From Longimicrobiales bacterium (GTDB lineage: Bacteria; Gemmatimonadota; Gemmatimonadetes; Longimicrobiales; Gaopeijiaceae), in contig CBDCNQ010000002.1 in assembly GCA_965219445.1 (NCBI GenBank), forward strand, positions 416,001 to 480,000: a stretch of 64,000 nt of DNA, written 5' to 3'. Positions 1 to 10,482 of this stretch are shown in pieces. Each line of letters begins with the position of its first letter. Positions within the stretch are counted from its first letter, which is position 1. The notes beneath the pieces are model-generated. The model did no database searches. It saw only the letters and a list, made by a program, of their open reading frames with translations, and was not told the DNA's origin. The position numbers and the translations under genes were made by a program.

Positions 1-116
1 TCTTTGCATGCCAGTCGAGCGCGGAACTCATCTTGGGTGGTCATGGGCATGTAGGTGATCCAGCCGCAGCCAGCCGTGAGTAGGGTGAGCAGGGCCATTG
101 TGACCCCACCCACCAT
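1..116 (-). CDS. Partial small lipoprotein-like ORF running off the window
   Basis: Translates MVGGVTMALLTLLTAGC-GWITY..., a hydrophobic stretch ending in a lipobox-like Cys; GAGG upstream. Confidence 0.3.
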   Translation of the reverse strand, partial: MVGGVTMALLTLLTAGCGWITYMPMTTQDEFRARLACK

Positions 117-436
117 GGGCAACCTCAAGAAGTATCGAGAGCGCACAAACGCTCCTTCATCTCTTCGCTAATCATCGTTTTCCGGTGTAGGGCGTATCGG
201 TTGCAGCGCCAGCAAGTCAACGACCACCCGGGAAGCGGGTTCGTGAGCACAATGCTCACACACGTATTTCGTGTCAGTCATCCCAGCCCCCCTATACCAA
301 AAAGGGCGAGAGACACCTTTGGGGCGGCGAGCCTGCCGAAAGTCTGCAACACGTTGCCGACTGGGGCGGATACTCCGGCTACTTCGCTGATCCGGATGGC
401 GTTCTGCAGAACGAGCCGAGGGAAACCCGGACTGGG

Positions 437-880
437 TCAATCCAGGCGACTCCCCCTATCCGCCGTCAGGGGTTCACTCCACAACGGTGGCTTGTTGCGT
501 GCTTCCCACAGGTCGCCCCGCCGCTTCAGGTGCTCGGCTTCTTGGGTTTGGGTGAGGTTAGCCTGTTGTAGGTTGTCGTCTATCTCCCACAACTGGCGGT
601 CGGTGTCATTGAGGTGGAGATAGATGGCCGGAATTTCCTCCCAGCCGAGCCGTTGGGCTGCACGTAGGCGGTGATATCCCGCCACGAGGACCACACCACC
701 CTCATCGCCACCACATACGGAGATGGGCTGTTGTAGCCCGATGGCATCCATTGATGCAGCTAGCGCTACGACCCTGTCTTCGTCCAGCGGGCGTAGCCGG
801 GTCAGCACCATCACGTCATCCACGTACACCTTGGAGAGTATGACCTCTCGCTCGGCCTCCACCTTATCCTCGAAGGCTTC
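437..880 (-). pseudogene. ParB/Srx N-terminal domain protein, 5' end cut off by IS256 copy 1
   Basis: LAASMDAIGLQQPISV...LVAGYHRLRAAQRLGW...EIDDNLQ is a ParB-N motif; the RBS and first codons lie at 48793-48837. Confidence 0.8.
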
Positions 881-1041
881 GAGCTAGGATCAAAGGCATC
901 ATAGGGGCATGGCGACGGCTACCGGTACCGATCAGCAGCTAAGCAGCCCGAAGACGAAGAGGCGTTCTCCTCCGGGAACGGGTGCGCGTTCATCATTGTT
1001 CGCGCAAGGAAGCAACCCACCTATCCAAGAGGAGAACGCCG

Positions 1042-2097
1042 ATGGAGAGATATATCGGACTCGACGCACACGCGTCGAGCTGCACGCTGGGGATTGTAGG
1101 CCCCAGCGGCAAGCGCTTGGGCTCGCAGGTGGTGGAAACGAACGCGCGGGCGCTGATCGAGGTGCTGCGAGGGATTCCGAGGAACCGGCACTTGTGCCTG
1201 GAAGAAGGGACGCTGTCGGGGTGGCTGTACGAGGTGCTGGAGCCGCACGTGGAGGAGCTAACGGTGGCGGGGGTCGGCAAGAGCCGGGGCCCGAAGACCG
1301 ACAAGCTGGACGCGTTTGCCCTGGCGGAGAAGCTGCGGATCGGATCACTGGAGACGAGGGTCTACAAGAACCGGGGCCAGTTCAGGCGGCTGGGGGAACG
1401 GGCGAAGAGCTACGACTTCCTGGTCGGCGACACGGTGCGGGTGAAGAACCGGCTCAAGAGCGTGCTGCGCTCGAGAGGAGTGGCCTACGGCGCGGGGCGC
1501 TCGGTCTACTTGAAGCGCGACCGGGAGGAGTGGTTGGCCAAGCTGCCGGAAGCGAGCAGGACGACGGCCGGGTTGCTGTACGAGGAGCACGACGCACTCG
1601 TGGCATTGAGGGCGAAGGCCGAGAAGGCGTTGCTGGCGGAAGCACGCAAGCATCGAGAGTGGCATGTGCTGAAGACGTGCCCGGGTCTGGGTCCGATCCG
1701 GACGGCGGAGCTCCTGCCGGTGGTGGTGACGCCGTACCGGTTCCAGAGCCGGAGCAGATTCTGGGCGTACTGCGGACTGGGCGTGGTGATGCGGAGCTCG
1801 TCGGACTGGGTGCGGGGTCCGGGTGGGCGGTGGGTAAGGGAACCGGTACAGCAGACGCGGGGGCTGAATCGGAACTTCAACCACACGCTGAAGCGTGTGT
1901 TCAAGGGCGCAGCGACGACGGTGATCGGTCGGGCCGAAAACGAACCCTTGTACCGCCACTACGAGCGACTCCTGGAGGGGGGCACGAAGCCGAATCTGGC
2001 GAAGCTGACGATCGCGCGTCAGCTCGCCTCGATCGTGCTAGCGGTGTGGCGCACGGGCGAAGCGTACGACCCCAAGAGACTGGAAGCGACGGAGTAA
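1042..2097 (+). CDS. IS110-family DEDD recombinase/transposase
   Basis: YIGLD, LEEG, KTDKLDA (DEDD RuvC-like); CPGLGP and GLGVVMRSSS in the C-terminal domain; RBS GAGGAG before ATG 1042. Confidence 0.93.
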   Translation: MERYIGLDAHASSCTLGIVGPSGKRLGSQVVETNARALIEVLRGIPRNRHLCLEEGTLSGWLYEVLEPHVEELTVAGVGKSRGPKTDKLDAFALAEKLRIGSLETRVYKNRGQFRRLGERAKSYDFLVGDTVRVKNRLKSVLRSRGVAYGAGRSVYLKRDREEWLAKLPEASRTTAGLLYEEHDALVALRAKAEKALLAEARKHREWHVLKTCPGLGPIRTAELLPVVVTPYRFQSRSRFWAYCGLGVVMRSSSDWVRGPGGRWVREPVQQTRGLNRNFNHTLKRVFKGAATTVIGRAENEPLYRHYERLLEGGTKPNLAKLTIARQLASIVLAVWRTGEAYDPKRLEATE

Positions 2098-2164
2098 ACC
2101 GGCCTGGGATCGGCGAGCGTGGGGTCGAAAGCGGTCACAACATGGGGTCCGACGAAACGGAAGC

Positions 2165-2305
2165 GAACCGGTTACAGGGGACAGCATCCATACACACCGT
2201 GGGCCGGGGCAGAGAGCCCAAGCCCCCACTCAAAGGCTATGCACCCCTGGAAGAGCCGAACGAAGCGATGGGCCACAGAGTCCCAGATAGAAGGATGGTT
2301 CCCGC
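2165..2305 (+). ncRNA. Predicted seekRNA/bridge RNA of the IS1111-type element (boundaries approximate)
   Basis: Stem CAGGGG(2175-2180)/CCCCTG(2244-2249) encloses TACACACC (2191-2198) and TCAAAGG (2230-2236), which match the two strands of the target; ATAGAAGG (2287-2294) matches the donor end. Confidence 0.75.
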
Positions 2306-2464
2306 TCCAGAGCGGAGAACGCGACGGCTGTGAACGTCTTCCGGACTGCGATGCGGACCCTGCGAGCGCACCCCTCCCCACCCTGAGTCGTCGACCGGGC
2401 AATCCAAACCATGCGGACGCCGACGGTCAAAAAATGAGCCGACGGCGCGTGGGGAAGGTGCGTC

Positions 2465-2470
2465 TTGACC
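2465..2470 (+). promoter_or_regulatory. -35 box of the IS1111 circle-junction promoter
   Basis: On circularisation TTGACC is followed by exactly 17 nt (GCCAGCCCCATAGAAGG) and then CATCAT (897-902). Confidence 0.7.
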
Positions 2471-2583
2471 GCCAGCCCCATAGAAGGGTGTGTAAAAAAA
2501 GAGGCGACGTACCTTTCCGCTAGGTAGTAAGAAGTTAACCAGCGAATCCCGGGTGAGCGCCCGGGGGAAAGGAACGATGCCTC

Positions 2584-3828
2584 GTGAGGAAGAATATGGT
2601 GGGACCCGAGAGTGAGTCCAGCACGCCGACGTGGGAGTGCTTGGAAGCGCTGGTTCGTGAGAAGGCCCAGGAGATGGTCCAGCGGATTCTGGAGGAGGAA
2701 GTGACGGAGTTGCTCGGCCGGGAGAAGTCGGAGCGGAAGACGGTCGTAGACCCGGCGCCAGGCTACCGCAACGGCTACGGCAAGGCTCGGCGGCTGGCGA
2801 TGAGCTCGGGCACGATCATGCTCCGACGGCCCCGGGTTCGAGGCATTGAGGAGCGGTTCGAGAGTCGGGTGTTGCCGTTGTTCGCACGACGGACGAAGGA
2901 GGTGGGTGCTCTGCTTCCGGAGCTGTATCTGCACGGGCTGGCGGAGGGAGACTTCGAGCTGGCGATGCGGGGCCTGCTGGGCGAGGGGGCCCCGTTGTCG
3001 AAGTCTTCGATTTGGCGGCTGCGGGCGGGATGGACAAGGAAATTCGAGGAATGGTCGAAGCGCTCGCTGGCCGACCGTGAGGTCGTCTACGTCTGGGCGG
3101 ACGGGATCTACGTGAAGGCGGGGCTCGAGCGGGACAAGGCAGCGCTGCTGGTGGTTCTCGGTGCGATGCGAGATGGTACGAAGGAGGTGTTGGCCCTGAG
3201 ATCGGGCTACCGAGAGTCGGTCGAGTCCTGGTCCGAGGTGTTGCGGGATCTGAAGGCACGCGGCATCGAGGCGCCCCGGCTTTTGATGGCGGACGGCAAC
3301 GCGGCGATCTGGGGCGCAGTACGGCAGGTATGGCCTGAGGCGGGCGAGCAACGGTGCTGGAACCACAAGATGAGGAACGTGCTGGACCGGCTGCCTCAGC
3401 GGGAGCAGAGCGAGGCGAAGGACCTTCTCAGGACCGTGGTCTACGCACCGAGGCGGTCCGAGGCGCTGAAGGCCCGTGAGGCGTTCGCCAGGCGCTACAG
3501 ACCGTGGTATCCGAAGGCGGTGGATGTACTCGAGGACGACTGGGAGCGGATGGTGGCGTTCTACGACTTCCCCGAGGACCACTGGAAGCATCTACGCACG
3601 ACGAACGTGGTCGAGAGCCCCTTTGCCGCAGTACGGCTCAGGACAACGGCGGCGAAGCGCTTCAAGCGGGTCGAGAGCGCTACGGCGCTGATCTGGAAGC
3701 TGCTCTTGGTGGCGGAGAAGCGCTTCAGAAGGCTCGACGCTCCTCACCTCCTCAAGGACGTATTTGAAGGAAGAAAGTTCGAAGACGGAAAGCCCGTCTC
3801 AACCCAACAGCGGAAAAACGCCGCCTGA
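2584..3828 (+). CDS. IS256-family (Mutator-type DDE) transposase
   Basis: RNGYG, WADGIY, MADGN, QRCWNHK, LRTTNVVES motifs. Confidence 0.95.
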   Translation: MRKNMVGPESESSTPTWECLEALVREKAQEMVQRILEEEVTELLGREKSERKTVVDPAPGYRNGYGKARRLAMSSGTIMLRRPRVRGIEERFESRVLPLFARRTKEVGALLPELYLHGLAEGDFELAMRGLLGEGAPLSKSSIWRLRAGWTRKFEEWSKRSLADREVVYVWADGIYVKAGLERDKAALLVVLGAMRDGTKEVLALRSGYRESVESWSEVLRDLKARGIEAPRLLMADGNAAIWGAVRQVWPEAGEQRCWNHKMRNVLDRLPQREQSEAKDLLRTVVYAPRRSEALKAREAFARRYRPWYPKAVDVLEDDWERMVAFYDFPEDHWKHLRTTNVVESPFAAVRLRTTAAKRFKRVESATALIWKLLLVAEKRFRRLDAPHLLKDVFEGRKFEDGKPVSTQQRKNAA

Positions 3829-3858
3829 AACATTTACACACCTATTGACCCAACCTCC

Positions 3859-4360
3859 ACTGTTTGTCGCGGCCTGCTTCCTCGCCACATGCGAGGGCGA
3901 CGTCGGACCTACCGGACCAGCGGGGGCAGCGGGGCCAGCGGGGCCGACCGGGGACCCGGGAATTGAAAACTTCACCGCGGACCTGAACGAGGCGAATGTG
4001 ATGGTGCCTACCGGGAGCACCGCAACCGGCACCGCGAGCTTCTCCGTCGTCGGGCCAACTCTTCTGTACAGCATCGATGTCACGGGCCTCGCCGACGTGA
4101 CGGTGGTCCATATTCACGGTCCCGCCGCCGTGGGTGTCAATGCGGGCGTCATTCAGGACATCTGTAATGCCGGCGATGCGCCGCCGTGCAACACCACCAC
4201 GCCGCTTACCGGGGTCCTCGTGGCGGGCGCGGCCGCGCGCTCGAAGATCCCGTTCGATTCGCTGGTGGTTTTGATGCAGAACGGGAACGCCTACGTCAAC
4301 GTCCACACGACCGCAAACCCCGGAGGCGACATCCGAGGGCAGATCGCCACGGTTCCGTAA
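3859..4360 (+). pseudogene. CHRD-domain lipoprotein with short collagen-like Gly-X-Y tract; start of signal peptide removed by IS256
   Basis: HIHGP...AYVNVHT..NPGGDIRGQI is the CHRD signature; GPTGPAGAAGPAGPTGDPG tract; missing 5' part is at 51816-51852 (-). Confidence 0.85.
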
Positions 4361-4383
4361 ACTCCGGCCTGGATTTCCAGACA

Positions 4384-4438
4384 TGGGGGAATGAAGTGGG
4401 AGCAGGGCTGTCCGATGCCTGCTCCCACGTTTCCCCCA
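4384..4438 (+). terminator. Long GC-rich hairpin downstream of the CHRD gene, possible terminator
   Basis: GTGGGAGCAGG(4396-4406)/CCTGCTCCCAC(4418-4428) extended by TGGGGGAA/TTCCCCCA, then a T-rich stretch. Confidence 0.5.
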
Positions 4439-4770
4439 CTTGGTTCAGTTCTTTTCAACTCGGCGCTCGTGAAGTGGGGGAGTCCGCTCGGCATCTCGTT
4501 CTAATGCGCGAGACCGAGTTCTGCTTGCGTCTAGCGGCCCACTCTATGGGCAATTGAGGTCCGATCGTTGTCTGCACGGGCGACCGTCTGCCCCGCAGGG
4601 TGATTTCGGCATCATCCGCCGCGTCGAGGTCGTAGGGCGCGGGGGCTCCTGACCGACCGTCTGGTAGGGGCTGGTGGAGCGGGGCGTGCGGGGAGCCCCG
4701 GACAGCAGGGAAGGAGCCCACGGGCCTGCGACCGAAGAGTCTACTCCGAGGAATCGCCCTCCCAGTCTCC

Positions 4771-5802
4771 TCACCCGATTCCGGCGACCCTCCTCCGGAT
4801 ACTCTCCATCAAGGGCAATGGTGTGAGCTCCCCATCGATGATGGACGCGAGCTCCTCTTCTTCTTGCCAGTGCGCTTCGACTTCGGCCAGTTCGAGCTCG
4901 AGGAGGCGCTGCTCGAGTGTGTCGTTGGCCGCGATCTCCAAGGCGATGGCGCCGTTACGTTGAAGATCACCGAGCCTTCGTCCCTCTTTGATGACGAGGC
5001 GGGTGAGGTCTTCCGGGCTCCCGGCCTCTTCGATGAGCCGCGTCGCCGACCGAACACGCCTCTCGGAGGCTCCGGTGTGATGGTGATATGCGAGCAGCCG
5101 CCTCGAGACGTGATCCCCCTCCTTGCCCCGGAGGTGCAGACCTCCTTCGTCGAGGTCCCCACACGCGGGGCATCGCTGGGTCACGGACAGGGCATTCCCA
5201 GGGCTGGTCCCTGGCGAAAGGATCAAGTGTGCACGATCCCGATAGTCGACGCTCCGAAAAATTGTCCCACAGGAGGTGCAGCGCCGGCTACCCCGCCACG
5301 CGCTTCCACCAAAGCGGAGCCATCGGGCGGCCTGCGTCAGTTGCTGCGGTGCGTTCTCCCAGAGAATCCACGCGCCGAGCCAGCCGAGGCCACCACTGGC
5401 CCACCCTCCCGCTATCGCGGCGCCAGCCGCCGCCGTTCCGATGAACGTGAGTTTTTGATGCCTCGCCGCTCGATGGGTGAGCTCTCGCCCGTACCTCCAC
5501 CAAGCCTCCTCGGTGAGGTTTGCTCGGCCCACCCGCACCACGTCGAGCTCGCCCACGCTCAAAAGGGCCACGTTATCGGTTTGTGAGAGGAGCTTCGCTC
5601 GGTCCTTCACCACCTTTTCCAGTTCCTCGAGGGCCTCCCAACGTTCCTCGATGGGGGCGAGCGACCACCTCTTGCAGGACCGGCAGACCGCCCAAAGGCG
5701 TCCACGTTCCGCATCGTACGCCACGCGCGTGGAGGTCGAGAAGCGTTCCAGCTCCTCGTTCCGTGCGAACGGCGTATGACAAACCACGCAATGTGTGAAC
5801 AA
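4771..5802 (-). CDS. Hypothetical protein with four CxxC pairs (two zinc-ribbon-like units) and a central hydrophobic segment
   Basis: 343-aa ORF with CVVC, CRSC, CTSC, CPAC. Confidence 0.7.
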   Translation of the reverse strand: MFTHCVVCHTPFARNEELERFSTSTRVAYDAERGRLWAVCRSCKRWSLAPIEERWEALEELEKVVKDRAKLLSQTDNVALLSVGELDVVRVGRANLTEEAWWRYGRELTHRAARHQKLTFIGTAAAGAAIAGGWASGGLGWLGAWILWENAPQQLTQAARWLRFGGSAWRGSRRCTSCGTIFRSVDYRDRAHLILSPGTSPGNALSVTQRCPACGDLDEGGLHLRGKEGDHVSRRLLAYHHHTGASERRVRSATRLIEEAGSPEDLTRLVIKEGRRLGDLQRNGAIALEIAANDTLEQRLLELELAEVEAHWQEEEELASIIDGELTPLPLMESIRRRVAGIG

Positions 5803-5948
5803 GGGCGTCTCCGTGACCCGAATGCCGGGTATGTCAGCCCGGATCAGCTGTTACACCCGGCCTCCCCCCCTTGTTACCCGCGGGCCAGGATGATTCTCCG
5901 GAGCCTTTGGGGCCTGGTCTGAGCCGACGGCGGGAGCCACCTTTGGGC

Positions 5949-6524
5949 ATGCTACTCGTCATCGATAATTACGATTCCTTCACTTTCAATCTCGTCCAGT
6001 TCCTGGGTGAATTAGGCGCGGATGTCGCAGTGTCCCGAAACGACGAACGAAGCGTCGAGGAGATTCGGGCGCTGGCGCCGTCGCGCGTGGTGGTCTCCCC
6101 TGGCCCGTGCACGCCGGCCGAAGCCGGCGTAAGCGTTGAGCTGTTCCGATCGCTGGATCCGTCGATACCCATGCTGGGCGTATGTTTGGGCCATCAGGCT
6201 TTGGGTGAAGCTTTCGGCGGGAGGACAGTGCGTGCGGAGCGGGTCATGCACGGAAAGACGGCACCGACCCGTCACACGGGGGAGGGAATTTTCCGAGGGA
6301 TCCCGTCGCCGTTCACGGTGGCGCGCTACCATTCCCTGGTGACGGATGCGGCCGTGCTACCGGAAAGCTTGATTTCGGTGGCGTGGAGTGATGGGAAGGA
6401 CGGAATCGATGAGATTCAAGCGATCCGGCACTGCGATCGGCCGGTTTGGGGCGTGCAGTTCCACCCAGAGTCGCTTTTTTCGGAGCATGGTAAGACTCTA
6501 CTGGGGAATTTCTTGACCCTTTGA
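5949..6524 (+). CDS. Anthranilate/aminodeoxychorismate synthase component II (TrpG/PabA glutamine amidotransferase)
   Basis: IDNYDSFT, SPGPC, GVCLGHQ, RYHSL, GVQFHPES. Confidence 0.93.
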   Translation: MLLVIDNYDSFTFNLVQFLGELGADVAVSRNDERSVEEIRALAPSRVVVSPGPCTPAEAGVSVELFRSLDPSIPMLGVCLGHQALGEAFGGRTVRAERVMHGKTAPTRHTGEGIFRGIPSPFTVARYHSLVTDAAVLPESLISVAWSDGKDGIDEIQAIRHCDRPVWGVQFHPESLFSEHGKTLLGNFLTL

Positions 6525-6601
6525 GCCCACCCGGACCGTCGCAGACTGTCCTATGTAGGGGTCAGGCGTTGCCAAGCCCACTCCGCTCCGGATAACTTGA
6601 C

Positions 6602-6616
6602 TGGCGTGATATTTGC
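6602..6616 (+). promoter_or_regulatory. Candidate sigma-54 (-24/-12) promoter upstream of kdsB
   Basis: TGGCGTGATATTTGC, i.e. GG-N10-GC with TTGC, 36 nt before the ATG. Confidence 0.4.
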
Positions 6617-6652
6617 GGCAACTGGCATCGCTTCGTGCCCGGGTCTGGGCCG

Positions 6653-7426
6653 ATGAGCAGTCGCGTTTTAGGCATTGTCCCGGCGCGGCTGGCGTCTACC
6701 CGCCTCCCCAACAAACCCCTCTATCCTCTTCTCGGCAGGCCCCTCATCGAGTGGGTCTGGCACCGTGTCGAAAACATGGGCGTCTTGGACCACGCGGTCG
6801 TCGCTACCGACAGCGAGGAGGTCGCCGAAGTTTGCCGATCGTTCGGTGCGCCGGTGGAGATGACCTCCGCTCGGCATCCCTCGGGTACGGACCGTGTGGC
6901 CGAGGTCGCGGCACGCCCCTCGTTCCACGGATACGACGTCATCGCCAATATTCAGGGTGATGAACCGTTGCTCCAGGAGCTCCACTTGGAAGCGGCTATT
7001 TCACTGGTCCGTGACGACCACTGGGAGATCGGCACATGCGCCACGCCGCTCCTCGATCGCGAGGCCCGACGGGATCCCTCGGTGGTCAAGGTCGTCCGGG
7101 CAGCCGGTGGGCGAGCCCTGTATTTTTCCCGGGCACCCATTCCGTACCAGCATGAAGGGAAGCCCTCGACGGAGGATCTGGGGCGCGAACCCTTCCTACG
7201 ACATATCGGAATTTACGCGTTTTCGCGGGATGCCCTGGCACGGTGGGTGGCGATCGCGCCGTCACCCCTCGAACGCTTGGAGAGCCTGGAGCAGTTGCGG
7301 CCACTCGAAGCCGGCATGCGCATCGGAGTCACCGTCGTGGGAGCGGCGGATCATGGAGTCGATACGCCCGCCGATGTCGTACGCATGGAGAATGCGTTGG
7401 CCGGAACTGAAACCCTTAGTGTTTAG
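6653..7426 (+). CDS. kdsB: 3-deoxy-manno-octulosonate cytidylyltransferase
   Basis: PARLASTRLPNKPL, SGTDR, NIQGDEP, LYFSRAPIP, LEQLR. Confidence 0.95.
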   Translation: MSSRVLGIVPARLASTRLPNKPLYPLLGRPLIEWVWHRVENMGVLDHAVVATDSEEVAEVCRSFGAPVEMTSARHPSGTDRVAEVAARPSFHGYDVIANIQGDEPLLQELHLEAAISLVRDDHWEIGTCATPLLDREARRDPSVVKVVRAAGGRALYFSRAPIPYQHEGKPSTEDLGREPFLRHIGIYAFSRDALARWVAIAPSPLERLESLEQLRPLEAGMRIGVTVVGAADHGVDTPADVVRMENALAGTETLSV

Positions 7427-9090
<1,664 letters not shown>

Positions 9091-9091
<1 letters not shown>

Positions 9092-9906
9092 TGCTCGACC
9101 GCTTCACGTTGATCGCCGGTCCTTGCGTTCTCGAAGATGATGGCCTCAACGTGGAGATCGGCCGACAGTTGGCTTGGCTTTCGTCCGCCGTGGGACTGCC
9201 CGTCGTGTTCAAGGCCTCTTTTGACAAAGCGAACCGCTCGAAAGCCGACTCACTTCGGGGCCCCGGCCTGGACCGCGGGCTCGAGCAATTGCGGCATGTG
9301 AAGAAGGAGACCGGTCTTCCGATCCTCACGGACGTCCATGAAGTTGATCAGGCGGCGGCGGCGGCGCGGGTCGCGGATATCCTTCAAATTCCTGCGTTTC
9401 TCTGTCGCCAGACCGACTTGATCCGCGCGGCGGGGGAGACGGGGAAGATCATCAACATCAAGAAGGGCCAGTGGATGACGCCAGAAGACATGCTCGGCGC
9501 GGTGGAGAAAGCCCGAGAGGCTGGGGCGCCAAGCGTGACGGTAACCGAGCGGGGCACATTTTTCGGATATGGAGACCTGATTGTCGACATGCGTTCGTTT
9601 CAGCGAATACGCACTGCGTGTGGGGTCTCCGTCATCTTCGACGGCACCCACTCTGTCCAGCGGCCGGGCCGCGCTTCCGGATCCAGCGGTGGTGATCCGG
9701 AATTTGTCCTGCCCCTCGTGCGCGCCTCCGTCGCCGCCGGGTGTGACGGCCTGTTCCTCGAGGTTCATCCGGATCCAGGGAGCGCCCCGTCCGATGGCGC
9801 CACGATGCTCCCACTGGACCACCTGAAGCCTCTCCTGGAGCAAGTCATCGCGATTCGAGCGGCCGTGGCCGAGGTCGCCCCCGGGGTTCCTGCTCCCGCC
9901 GGCTGA
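9091..9906 (+). CDS. kdsA: KDO 8-phosphate synthase
   Basis: IAGPCV, KASFDKANRS, QIPAFLCRQTDL, FDGTHSVQ. Confidence 0.96.
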
Positions 9907-9912
9907 CGACCC

Positions 9913-10482
9913 ATGGCCGGTCCGTCAGGGGACATCGATCCCCAAGTAGCGGGTCGCATACGGCTGGTCGTACTGGATGTGGATGGTGTCCTGACCGACG
10001 GTAGTGTCTACGTCGGCGCCCGGCCCGGCCAAGAGGCGATAGAACTCAAGCGCTTCGACATTCAGGATGGTTTGGGGATCAAGATGCTCCGCTGGGCGGG
10101 GATCGAGGTTGCCATCGTTTCGGGACGGGTCTCGGAGGCCACGGTGTGGCGCGCGCAAGAACTCGGGGTCGATGAGTGCCACCAAGACCCGGAGGCCAAG
10201 AAGCTACCGGTCGTCCAGAAACTGCTGGATGACCGCGGTCTCGGCTGGGAGGAGACCGCCATGGTAGGGGATGATTTGGCGGATCTTCCGGTTCTGAAGC
10301 GAGTCGCCCTCCCGGTCGCCGTCGCGAACGCCGTGCCGGAGGTCCATGCCGTGTCTCGCTGGACTACGGGGTCCTCCGGGGGGGATGGCGCCGTTCGAGA
10401 GTTTGCACGGGAATTGCTGACGGCGCGAGGAGAGTGGGACAAATTAGTTCAGGAGTATTTTAGAACCCGTTCCGAGAAATGA
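9913..10482 (+). CDS. kdsC: KDO 8-phosphate phosphatase (HAD family)
   Basis: LDVDGVLTDG, GDDLAD, GGDGAVRE. Confidence 0.93.
   Translation: MAGPSGDIDPQVAGRIRLVVLDVDGVLTDGSVYVGARPGQEAIELKRFDIQDGLGIKMLRWAGIEVAIVSGRVSEATVWRAQELGVDECHQDPEAKKLPVVQKLLDDRGLGWEETAMVGDDLADLPVLKRVALPVAVANAVPEVHAVSRWTTGSSGGDGAVREFARELLTARGEWDKLVQEYFRTRSEK

Larger units (their letters stand above)
897..2487 (+). mobile_element. IS110-family, IS1111-type insertion sequence (copy 1), about 1.59 kb
   Basis: AAGG core at both junctions (893-896, 2484-2487); imperfect subterminal inverted repeats ATAGGGGCATGGCG / CGCCAGCCCCAT; long non-coding region downstream of the transposase. Confidence 0.9.
881..3858 (+). mobile_element. 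IS256-family element (copy 1) with an IS1111-type element nested in its left inverted repeat
   Basis: Rebuilt IRL GAGCTAGGATCAAAGGGTGTGTAAA (881-896 + 2488-2496) matches reverse-complemented IRR GAGGTTGGGTCAATAGGTGTGTAAA at 20/25; near-identical inverted copy at 48838-51815. Confidence 0.93.

Noticed and set aside
909..3591. Long alternative-frame ORFs 909-2333 (+) and 2230-3591 (-), and mirrors at 49105-51787
   Set aside because: Shadow ORFs of GC-rich transposase genes with no motifs; their duplication simply follows the IS duplication.
3764..3858. N-terminus of the 198-aa ORF 3764-4360
   Set aside because: It is read-through from the IS256 end; the real start is at 51852 on the minus strand.
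4455..4774. Short ORFs and a repeated CGACCGTCTG 10-mer
   Set aside because: Two copies of a 10-mer in GC-rich DNA and no protein motif are not enough to call a feature.
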